From assembly GCA_047967505.1 (NCBI GenBank), contig CM106538.1: 64,000 nt of DNA, one strand, 5' to 3'. How positions within the stretch are numbered: the first letter of the stretch is position 1; each line of letters opens with the position of its first letter. Positions 24,862-35,473 of the stretch are shown one piece after another. The stretch comes from Dipteris shenzhenensis. Its lineage: Eukaryota. The notes beneath the pieces are model-generated. The model was not told the origin of the DNA. It made no database searches and saw only the letters and a list, made by a program, of their open reading frames with translations. The position numbers were made by a program, and so were the translations under genes.

Positions 24862-25795
24862 AGTCGTGCTAGTAGGGATTGTAAAAATGTATGCATTTGT
24901 CCTTCCATGTGGCGCATACCAAATCAATTGGAGACCAAATCTTGCGTGGATGTCGTCTAGGGTAGCCTAAGAGGCGTGTGAAGTTTCGTCCCCAACAGAT
25001 AAGTCCACGTGCGTATTTCATTAGTACGTGCGCCATTTTTCATACGTAGTCGTGCTAGTAGGGATTGTAAAAATGTACGCAACTGTCCTTCCATGTGGCG
25101 CATACCAAATCAGTTGGGCACCAAATCTTGTGTGGATGTACATCTACAGTAGCCTAAGAGTCGTGCGAAGTTTCATTCCCAACAGATAAGTCCACATGCG
25201 TATTTCGTTAGTACATGCACCATAGCTCATACGTAGTCGTGCTAGTAGGGATTGTAAAAATGTTTACATTGTACCTTCCACGTGGCGCATACCAAATCAA
25301 TTCAGACCAAATCTTGCGTGGATGTACGTCTACGGTAGCCTAAGAGCCGTGCAAAGTTTAATCTCCAACAGATAAGTCCACATGCATATTTGGTTAGTAC
25401 GTGCGCCATTTCTCACACGTAGTCGTGCTAGTAGGGATTGTAAAAATGTACGCATTATACCTTCCACGTGGCGCATACCAAATAAGTTGGAGACCAAATC
25501 TTGCGTGGATGTATGTCTAGGGTGGCCTAAGAGTCGTGCGAAGTTTCATTCCCAACAGATAAGTCCACACACGCATTTCATTAGTACATGCGCCATAGCT
25601 CATACGTAGTCACGAGTGCTAGTAGGGATTGTAAAAATGTACGCATTGTACCTTCCACGTGGCGTATACCAAATCAATTCAGACCAAATCTCACGTGGAT
25701 GTATGTCTAGGGTGGCCTAAGAGTCGTGCGAAGTTTCATCCCCAACAAGCAAGTCCACACGCGTATTTCGTTAGTACGTGCGCGAATTTTCTTAG
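24862..25795 (+). repeat. Five ~187-bp units of the same satellite lacking telomeric repeats
   Basis: Unit starts at 24862, 25048, 25235, 25421, 25608; same agtcgtgctagtagggattg...ccccaacag core. Confidence 0.95.
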
Positions 25796-26117
25796 TCACG
25801 TTTTTAAAATGTCCTAAAGCACAAAACAAATTACAACATTACTACTAATAAACAATTTTTTGTATTACAAACACAACAAATCCCATTGAGAAGACATCGG
25901 ACATCATGTTAAAAATAGAATCTAATACAATGATGTGTATGAACGTGTATACAACCATCATAGTGAAATACAAAATATGAGTCCATGAAAATTACAATGG
26001 TACGGTCACACAGTGAGCCTATATATATCGAATACAAAAAAGTGTAATCAACTAGTGATACCCAATAAAAATCAATCTGATCAACTGATGATCCCAAAAA
26101 ATATGATATGTAATGTG

Positions 26118-29031
26118 CTACTCCTCAGGATCAGCTCTCATGCCAATAGTTGCAAGTATGCTCTCATGATCCGCCACTGCAAGGTGCCATCGTGGGGTGG
26201 ACGTCGCCTTGCGAGTGCGAACACGACTCAAAGTAATCTTGATCCCAACAACAAGATGAGAATACATGTATGCCTCCTGATCCGCCATGTACTCCTGGAA
26301 CTCAATATAGCGACCACGCCTCTGTATCTGCTGAAAATAGTGGCCACCTACGATCATGCTATGAGCATTGAAGTGCACCCCATGCCCATCCACTGTATCC
26401 TCATTCAGCACACTCTTCAGCATAGAGCATCGCAACAAGTAATAATCCACACCCTCCTCATTGCCCTCCGAAGCAATAACCGCGAAGATATCACCAATAC
26501 GCAAAATATCTGTAAGCTGGTCATAATCTCTAGAGGAAATGAATCCCGCATCCTGATCATCATGTATCTCCTCCCAAGGCTGGAAGGGAGAAAGCACTCG
26601 CCGTACCCATGGATCGGCCCATGGTATCATGGAGCACCCTCCCCAATCATCATCAATGCATGCAGAGCAAAAACATGCAAACCGTCGAGAAAAGATCGCG
26701 GGGTGAGACTCACCTACACTCCTGATGGAATGGAAATCAAGAGTGCCAGGCACAGAACGACAATCAAAAGGCCTCGACAGATCAAGACTCCCAATGTCCA
26801 CGCACCAAAAATACCGGCTCACCACCCTATTGTCACGCGACTGAAACGAGGACGTAGCACTAGTGGATAAGTGCTGGCTGCACCACCGCACCACATCATG
26901 TGCATCCTTGAAGCGATCGGCACTGTGACGCAACTGGTATCGACGCAAAGCACGCTTCACGCAAGCACCTGCACCATCGTGCTCTCCCTTACCGTGCCCT
27001 GTCTCGAAGTAGCTCCATGTGATCGGAATGCATGTCTCACGATGCCATCTGCAGAACCAATAAAACTGTCTAGCGGATTTGAACTGACCACCGCAACCGT
27101 CTGACCAGATCTAGCGCCGCTGCCATGTGACACCATGATCCCTCAAGAAACTATCATGCAAAGTGAAGCAATGCTGCACAAAATGGGCATCATGCGATCG
27201 ATCATCACTAATGTAGAAGTGATACTCTCGCACAATGATGCGTGAGTCCATGGTGCTATCAATGCCATCCACATGAGCCTGTGCATGACGATAGCTAATG
27301 TGCACAAATATAGCAACCTGCAATATGGCATTGAAAAAAAATATGACTATTGAAATAATTCAATATAATGAGGCGGGGAAAAAATCAATACTAAATCACA
27401 TGTCACCTGTTCGGAGAAATAATACTCCGATTGGATCTCATGCTATGGTGCAAAGGTGTAATTCTCCGCAAAGTCCACCACTGAGACAACCACCCCTATA
27501 GGAAATGTCCTCAAACATGCACGAAACTGACGATCCTCCCATTTCGCAGTGTGCGAGTGGCGTATGTAGCGGTACAGCTTCCCTCGAAAACAGTCAATGA
27601 ATACAACACGTGGTGTCTCCTTCCCCACAAGCTGCAACCTCCTCGACTGTGCACCACCATCTAATGTCAAGGTACAGTACTCATACTGCTGCCAACGAAC
27701 CATCTGCACATCACAAGTATCTAGTGCAACTCGTGGCACTCTAGCAAAGTCACCACACAAAGTACACGTGCCTTCCACACAATCAAGGGAGTGGAATAAA
27801 GCATCACCATCTCGTGTACACAATATGGAATGAATGAAGTCGCGAGGGCTAGTAGGAACCACTCCCCTATGACCATCAAGGGAACGGAATACATCATACA
27901 TCAATCCAAAATCCACATGGTAGCGACAACAGCATGTGTCACGCTCCTGAGAGCATCGCACAAACCATGGCCTGCATTGCTCAAATGACCTCTGCCCAAT
28001 CTTGAACTCCGGGTGCGCCTCTACAAACTGAGTGTACAACTCAGTCTGGGTACACTATAAAAAACATGCACCATGCTCAATGTACACACCGCGTGACACC
28101 CTCTTCCGCAATGCCTTCTTGAACACCAGGGATGCTCTGCAATGCTCCTCCCAAAACTGTTGTATGAAGGACCTAGTGGAATCATCCATCGATCGCTATG
28201 AGGTGCACGACCACTCGAAGCCCAAAGAGCATCAGTCTCACTATCCTCTAGACTCTGCCTCTAGGCTGCTCGCAATGTGCGCGGTGCAATCTGAAGAAGA
28301 CGTGAAGTGGTACGCACATGGCCTATCATATGAGGTCTACTAATGGCAACCACAATAGCACGACGTGCTGCCAAGGCATCACTGGAGTTCCTATGCTTAA
28401 TAGAAGCATAGGAACATCAAACACTGCTAAGGACCTCGCTAGATACAACCCTATCTCTACGTGCACCAAGACCAGCAAGCCTCCTACACTCTACCAAGTC
28501 AGGGTGATCAATCAGGGACGTAAGAAGAGAAGACTGCGAAGCTGGCGTGAGGTCACAAAAAAAAGACTGCACAATCTTGCTAGTACGACGACGGATAGTG
28601 GACTTCGGCAAGTCACGTCGTGAAGCAACACTGCTGCTGCAAGGTGGGGCAAGGGGATCAATGGGAGATGGTAGGGTGGACGGGGGAAGGGAGGCGCCAA
28701 GTGGAGCGGGGGGAGGGGGAGGGGGAGGGGGAGGGGGGAGGGTGGAGGGGGAAGAGGTAGAGGTGGAGGCCAAAATGTAGGTGGCTAGGGGAAGGGCGAA
28801 GGCTAGAGGTAGGGGAGCGGATGAGCATGGGGGGACAATGGAGGTGGGGGTGGGGGTGGAGGTGGGATGTAGAGGTAGAGCTGGAGGTGGATCAGTGGTG
28901 GCAGCGCGAGCTCGAGCTCTAGAGGCTCTCTTGCGCTCACGAGCCTTCCGCTTGCGCTCCTTGTCAATGAGATTTGGGGGGGGGTTCCTACATCTTTCAC
29001 ATCTACTAGCTCTACGGCTTTGAGAACCCAT
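26118..29031 (-). pseudogene. Near-full-length Sola2-like DDD transposase with premature stops and one intron (27318-27406)
   Basis: ATG at 29031, basic and Pro-rich N-terminus, IGQRSFEQCRPWFV, TCCCRYH, SVVDFAENY, HFYISDDRSHD, WSDGCGGQFKS, GHGKGEHDGAGACVKR, C-terminal CFCSAC. A GT-AG intron joins EQ|VAIFVH. Confidence 0.8.
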
Positions 29032-29253
29032 TCTCAATGAAAGTAGGATGGAAGGTGTGACAAAGTGATGAGGAGGCAAGAATGGCTAAGAATGGGTGAA
29101 ATGAACCAAAACGTGGTGTCTTATAGAGAGCCTCAACTCATCCACTAGATTGCTCTTAGATTGCTCTTCATTATTATTGGTGGAGAGGTGCCAAGATTGA
29201 TACTAATTGGCTTAGTTTTGGTGGAGAGGTCTGCTATGCCCAGAGTCCCGATC

Positions 29254-29420
29254 ATATACCTTGATCAGACCTTATACCTCGATCGAGGTATTCAGTGCAT
29301 TGCGCATGTATGTATGAACCTCGATTGAGGTATCTCTAGGTGTCCTCGGTCACATACCTCGAACGAGGTATTGTATGCCTCACCCAGGTTATATACCTCG
29401 ATCGAGGTATTGTATGCCTC
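29254..29420. repeat. Cluster of 18-bp palindromes ATACCTCGATCGAGGTAT
   Basis: Perfect at 29274-29291 and 29393-29410; variants at ~29317 and ~29354. Confidence 0.85.
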
Positions 29421-30710
29421 GCACATCGTCATGTGTATACATCTGGCTGATGTGGCACCATGCATGGTCATGATGTGGTAATATAGTCTCTTCCTGCATG
29501 GTCATGATGTGGTACTGGGCCTCTTCGATGACATTGAAAGGTGATGTGGCATGATGAGTTGGCATTCATGAGGTGGTAGATTGACATGGCAAATTGAGGT
29601 GGAGGGATTGGTGACGTGGCAAGGTTGAGGAGGTATGCCAAGGTGTCATTGTGTGATCACATGGCTGATGATGTGGAATGATGAGGTGGCACATGTGGCA
29701 GCACTTGTGGCAATGTAAGGTGACATGGCAAGGAGTGATGTCACATCTGCTTGATGAGATGGCACCACGTGGTCTAACAACGTGGCATGGTTTTGATGAC
29801 TCAGCCTTCCACATGGGCAGCATGCAGACTCCAAAGGCTTGCCACTAGGATCGGTGATGCTCCTAGCCTACCTCACCAAGCCTAATACCAAGCCTACCTT
29901 GTCTTGGTATTAGGCTTGGATGGCCCTTTTTCCCCCACAAAAGGGAGATTTAACTGTTGGAGGCCATATCGTACGTTTCCCTTACTCAAATTTAACCAAA
30001 ATTTTTTCATTTTATTCATCATGCAGAGCACTAAAAATATTGACATTTTTGAAATGTTTGGTTATGTTTGAGAATTACTAGATTTATTTTTAATATTCTT
30101 TGTTGATCCTCTGAGGAGTAAAAGTAAAAATTAAACTTCAATCTTCCTAAATCTAACCGTTGGATTTGGGATTTGATGATTCAATCACACACCCTTATGT
30201 GCCTACTAACCTTCCACCGAATTGGATTTGCTCAATTATTCAAAATACTAAAAAAATGTGGTGTGCTACTAAAATGCATGTATTTTATGACTTTATTTAT
30301 TATAAATAATTATTTATAATTAGATAAATCATTTAAAAAATTACCAATAAATCAAGTTAAGCTCTACATAATGCAAAGAGACCACTTACAAAGTTTCAAT
30401 AACATTTAATCTAAAATGAGTGAGAAATTTAGAATTTAATATGACACTCTTTGTTCGTGACAAACGTGTGACCACCCTGGAACCATGCCTATGACACAAA
30501 GAAATTTTTTGTGTGTGCATCGAATTTTCGATCAGACTATACGATTGTGTGCACAATAGCAAGTGTGATGTTGTGTCAGAAGACTTCAAAGACTAGATCC
30601 ATAGGGAAGTAGGTGAGATTTGCATTTTTGTGTGCTAAAAAGCTTGTTTTTCCACCTCCTTAGGATTGGGGAGTGAACAAAAAGTGGACACCCTTAGCTT
30701 GCTACCACCC

Positions 30711-32792
30711 TACTATGAAAACTTTAGGTCTTTGAATTCGGAGCAACGACTAATTGGTGATGACATACTTTTAAAGAAAAGAACGTCACCTACAAAACCA
30801 TTCCATCTTTTCCTAACAAGCAATGCAGGAACTGGAAAAACATTCATGCTACTTGCAATCGTCCAAGCGTTGTTGTGTACTTACTCACACAAAGAAACAA
30901 ACAATATAGACTCTCCCAAAATATTATTGCTCGCTTACACAGGAAAAGCAGCTTTCAACATTGGAGACACAACGATCCATGCTGCACTACATCTACCACT
31001 TATGACATCTCAATACACAAGCCTATCGAGCGAGAAACTACAAGAACTATCACAACTCTTCAAAGATCTTTCGCTAGTAGTATTTGACGAAGTATCTTTG
31101 ATTGGATACAACACATTTGTTGCAGAGCAGACATGCATCTAAGAGAGATAAAACACAACCACATGCAACGATTTTGTGGTCTTGATGTTCTCCTTTGTGG
31201 AGACTCATGCCAAGCTAGCCCTACAAAAGATTCATGGCTATTTATTGATCAATCAATACAAACATAAGTACAAACATCATTTTGAAAGAACAATGTCTAC
31301 CAATACGAACTAACAACACCAATGTGACAAACGAACTATGAATTCATTAACATTCTCAACAAAATTAGAACAGGCATACATATAAAGGCTGACATCACAC
31401 ACATAAATGAAAAGTAACTAAGACAACCACTTCAAAAAGAAATCATTCCCCATCTATTTTACACTACTGCTTCTAAAGACATTCACAACAAAGAAGTATT
31501 CCATTTACTCAAACAAACTCCTCATATTCTACAAGCAATAGACATAAGACACAAAACATGCAGCAAAACAATAACAATCCCAATGAACCCATCGAACACT
31601 TCTGGATTACATTAAACATTGCATTTAAAGCCCGCAGATAGTCGAAATGTGCTTGGGTAATCTAGACATCTCCGATGGATTGGTCAATGGAGTAGATGGG
31701 ATCTTTCAACATTCTACCCTTATGGGAGAATTGCAATGTGTTTGGATCTTGTTCCACAATGATACTATCGGCAAGAAAGCACGCTTAAATAACTCCTCTC
31801 TATATTCCAATGAAGTACCGAAGTCGTGGACACCAATATTACAAATCAAAAAGAATTTCAAGTAGGGAAAAACAACTTCAACATTGTTTCTCGAACACAA
31901 TTCCCAATTCAGCCAGCTTCAACTAGGATAATACACCGTTCCCAAGGTCTATCCATGGACTACCTCGCATTTGATCCATCCTTAATTAAGACACATGGCC
32001 TCACATACACAGCTCTATCACGAATAAGAAACCCTGATAACTTTTACCTTCTAAAACCACTCCACTCAAAACACATTAAAGTGGACAAAATCATCATACA
32101 AGAGATGGGAAAACTTCGAACACATAGACAATGGATTCCAACACAAATAAACTTCTCAACTAATATCAGCCAACAAAATACATTGCAATCCCTCAATACA
32201 CGTGCACTAAAGTCCCACTTAATTGACATAATTAAAGACACAAGTCTCCTTCAAGCATCAATACTCTATCTCCAAGAATTGCATTGCAACAAATCGTCAA
32301 CACTATCCTTGCCAGAATTCACGTGTCTCCAAGAAACAAATGGTGTAGGAATAGCAACATGTTACAAAAAAGAAATGCAACTACAACAAAAAATTTACAA
32401 ACAAAACCAAGGATCTGAATGCTTATTGACCATATTTCAAATGCAAATAAATAAAAAAGTAGCCATCATAAAAGTCTACAACTCACCCCTCTCCAAAACT
32501 TCTTTAGTCCTTGATAATCTCCAAAAATTATTTCTACACATTGAGGAAGATACACCCATAACAATCATAAGAGATTTCAACATCGACTTCTTAAAAAAAA
32601 CAAAAAACCAAACAACTAACAAATTTCATGGATCAACAAAACTTCGATCAATTGATTTTGCAACCAACTACTATTCATGGATCTACTATTGACCACATTT
32701 GAACAAATCACAAGAACAACCACATGTTGTTTGGTACAAATTACATCTCTTGGTCAGACCACTCACTTCTTTACACAAACATTGTTTCCTAA
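30711..32792 (+). mobile_element. Second copy of the Helentron-type helicase-endonuclease region (no Rep, no LTR insertion)
   Basis: Colinear with 2681-5720; AGTGKT, DEVS, IHRSQGLS, TYTALSR, DFN, IDH, SDH. Confidence 0.9.
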
Positions 32793-33039
32793 CAATCTTA
32801 TGCAACTTTACAAAACCTTCTTCAAGAAATTCAAAGGGAAATTCATGGAGGCCATTTGAATGTAATTCATCTTGTTTGATGATATGTATTACTTCTTTTT
32901 GCAAAACAATAGACAATGTTGAAGAGTTTCTTGGTGACTTTTTCATGGGAAAGTTAGAGAAGAAAAACAATGACCAGTAAACGAAAGACCAATAAGCCAA
33001 AGGAAAACCAAAAATCATTGCTGTTCCCATGGCCTCTCC

Positions 33040-33046
33040 TTATAAG
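33040..33046 (+). promoter_or_regulatory. Candidate TATA box of the 788-aa gene
   Basis: TTATAAG ~65 bp upstream of ATG 33107; TTATAAT at the paralogous position. Confidence 0.35.
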
Positions 33047-33106
33047 TATGTCAAGCATCCTTCAAGCATACATACCATTGCTTTCGAATGACCTTGCTCT
33101 CAAGCT

Positions 33107-35473
33107 ATGGCGACTTCTTCTTCCTCCTCTCCCTTGTTAGTTTCAACCCTCGTGAATTTCCAATTTTGGTTCATCGCTGTGCTCTACTGCCTCGCCTCGC
33201 TTCTCATGCTATGCCTGATGGCCTACGATATCAGGCTTTTCAAACTCTATCGCCAATATTGGTTCCCCTGCAGATTTCTCCGATTCGACTCCTTCACTTT
33301 GATGCTGCTGCTATTGTGTCTCAGCGCCATTCGGATCAGTCTTTCGACCTTAGATCTTAGCTATATGCTCATTGCTCATCAACTTGATGCGTATGTGGCA
33401 TACGAAAGTCGGGTCCTGGTGTTGAAGGTCCTTGTGTGTGTTGTCATTGGGTATATCCTTCCCTCGGTTGCAAGTGACTCGTCTGCACAGAGCGATATTT
33501 GGAGCAGCGTTAGGGGCCTTGCTTTCCTCATAGCGTCTGTCGTTCCTCACATGCTTTTCGAGCTGTATGTCTTGTACAATATTGCGTCTGCAGTGTTTTC
33601 CTCCGGAAGCAACATCAGTGCGTACGTCCATCATGGGACAACTGCAAAAGTTATCGTAGTTGCAACAGCAAGCATTTGCGTCACGGCAGCTCTGTTGTTC
33701 TTGGTATTGCTGTTGATGGCAGCTGCGACAGCTGTGCTAGGTTTGAGAGAGTTGTTCGGCCACAAGTTAGAACTTTGTCTTCCACGACACAGTTTTGCAT
33801 ACTCCTCATGGGAGCAAGTCCGCTTTGAGGCATTGAAATCTTGGGTTGTGGCTCGAACATCGGATCCTGAATTTGTTCTTGCCAGGTCAGTGATCGGTCC
33901 TGTCTCAGCAATCACCGTATCAGGTTGTTTAATGGCCCTTATATCTGTTGAAATTTTCGCGATAATGAGTGTGCGGGATGGAGGGTCTTTGTCTGGCTAC
34001 TTCCGAGGGGCCGAGTTTTTTTCATTTCCTACCATTGCACTTGGGTGGAGTGTAATAGTCACAAGATCGTTGTTGCAAGTTATGAATTGCCCGAGATTCG
34101 AGCTTTCATATTCGAGCTGTAAAAACTTCTTCAAGGTGGAGAGCTTCTGGAACAGACATCTTCTCAGGAGCATCCACTCCAGTGTCTGCAATCGTCAGGA
34201 CCACAACGGATCATGGCAATTATGCTTGAGGAAGATCTACATCCTAATTCGGTACTTGCTTTTCTACATAGTCATATCCTCAAACTTTATCACAATTTGG
34301 ATGAGCAAGATAGGATGGTTGACGATGGAGTTGACTATGGGAGCGATGTTCAAGACGATTAGACGATTCCTCTTGTGCAGGAGGACAAACTCAAGCAGTG
34401 AAGAGACAACGTCATTAGAGCCTCTAGAAGAATGGGTTATGGGCGTGGAGGGAGAGGATAAGCATGCTCTTTGGAACGCTACAAAGGGGGCATTGAACCG
34501 TACAAGGAAGCTGTTGATGGCCGAGCGAGTGGAGGACCACCAGATTTCTGCCTTAACAACTCTGCTAGGAATGGTAGACACACAGAATTTTTGTGGAGTA
34601 AGAGAGTACGTGAAGTTTGTGGAAATGCTGGAAGGAAGTGAAGACCGCAAAAGCGCGGACCCCCTGGAAAGCAGCTGGACGATGTTAGCAGCCACTCTCG
34701 CGGTCGTGCTGTCTTGTCTTGATGGGAGCCTACACGATCATAATGTAAAGGATCCATTGGCTCCGTGCTGGGCGAGAAGCTGCTACGAACAAGCGAGGGA
34801 GATGATGAGAGCTGTAGACACGGCAAGCAGGAAGGATGACAATGCGCAGATGCTATTGATGAGGGCAGCGGAGGAGGCACTGATTTCAGATTGGACATTG
34901 AGGGTGGTGGGCAAGAAGCTAGGAGGATGTACGAGGGAGGAAGAAACGGCGTTGGAGAGGATAAGAGCGTGGAAGGGGTTGGGCAAGGAGATGGGCAAAG
35001 GTGATGGAGAAGACTACAGAGCAGGAAGTGTGGTTGCTGGAAGAAGTATGTTGAAGGTGTGTGCTTTGGCAGAGACTGTAGGAGAACGATTGGGAGAGAA
35101 GGCGATGGTGGAGTGCTTGATTCAAACGTTTGCAGATGTTGTGGGGGCTTGCTTGACAAAGCTTCCTTGGGCATGCGTTGTCCATTGCTACTATGGTTCA
35201 AGAGCCTTCTGTGAGTCCAAGGTTGTAAGCATCTTCCCTATCATTGCCAAAGGTGAGAAGCTTTTCAACGCTGCAGGATGGTCTCTTCAACCCTCTCCCA
35301 ACACGACCAACTTGACTTTACACAACTTTCACAATTTGATCCCCCCTCCTCCTTTTCCTCCTCCTCAAAGATCATTTTGGCGCATCTATGGAAGCCTTCT
35401 CAGCTCCCCACCCTCACGTTTGACACATTCCACCACAACCATTAGTTCCATTCATAGCATTCCCAATATTTAA
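33107..35473 (+). CDS. Intronless plant-specific multi-pass membrane protein of unknown function (At4g17250/At5g47580-like, PTHR35307-type), 788 aa
   Basis: Open ORF with several hydrophobic N-terminal helices. Family-like motifs ASLL..MAYD..WFPCRF, W.VA.T.DP.FV.ARS, FKVE.FW, WTM...TL, D..GACLT.LP. Confidence 0.85.
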   Translation: MATSSSSSPLLVSTLVNFQFWFIAVLYCLASLLMLCLMAYDIRLFKLYRQYWFPCRFLRFDSFTLMLLLLCLSAIRISLSTLDLSYMLIAHQLDAYVAYESRVLVLKVLVCVVIGYILPSVASDSSAQSDIWSSVRGLAFLIASVVPHMLFELYVLYNIASAVFSSGSNISAYVHHGTTAKVIVVATASICVTAALLFLVLLLMAAATAVLGLRELFGHKLELCLPRHSFAYSSWEQVRFEALKSWVVARTSDPEFVLARSVIGPVSAITVSGCLMALISVEIFAIMSVRDGGSLSGYFRGAEFFSFPTIALGWSVIVTRSLLQVMNCPRFELSYSSCKNFFKVESFWNRHLLRSIHSSVCNRQDHNGSWQLCLRKIYILIRYLLFYIVISSNFITIWMSKIGWLTMELTMGAMFKTIRRFLLCRRTNSSSEETTSLEPLEEWVMGVEGEDKHALWNATKGALNRTRKLLMAERVEDHQISALTTLLGMVDTQNFCGVREYVKFVEMLEGSEDRKSADPLESSWTMLAATLAVVLSCLDGSLHDHNVKDPLAPCWARSCYEQAREMMRAVDTASRKDDNAQMLLMRAAEEALISDWTLRVVGKKLGGCTREEETALERIRAWKGLGKEMGKGDGEDYRAGSVVAGRSMLKVCALAETVGERLGEKAMVECLIQTFADVVGACLTKLPWACVVHCYYGSRAFCESKVVSIFPIIAKGEKLFNAAGWSLQPSPNTTNLTLHNFHNLIPPPPFPPPQRSFWRIYGSLLSSPPSRLTHSTTTISSIHSIPNI

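Larger units (their letters stand above)
23728..30710 (-). mobile_element. Sola2-like DNA transposon; putative 5' terminus at 30710, other end not identified
   Basis: Minus strand reads GGGTGGTAGCAAGCTAAGGGTGTCCACTTTTTG from 30710, where homology to the Helitron duplicate begins abruptly. It resembles the putative end at 10654. Confidence 0.6.

Noticed and set aside
23728-25795. CRISPR-like array
   Set aside because: Whole units repeat with no unique spacers, there are no cas genes, and the context is eukaryotic
26013-26870. 285-aa plus-strand ORF
   Set aside because: Antisense shadow of the transposase with no recognisable motifs
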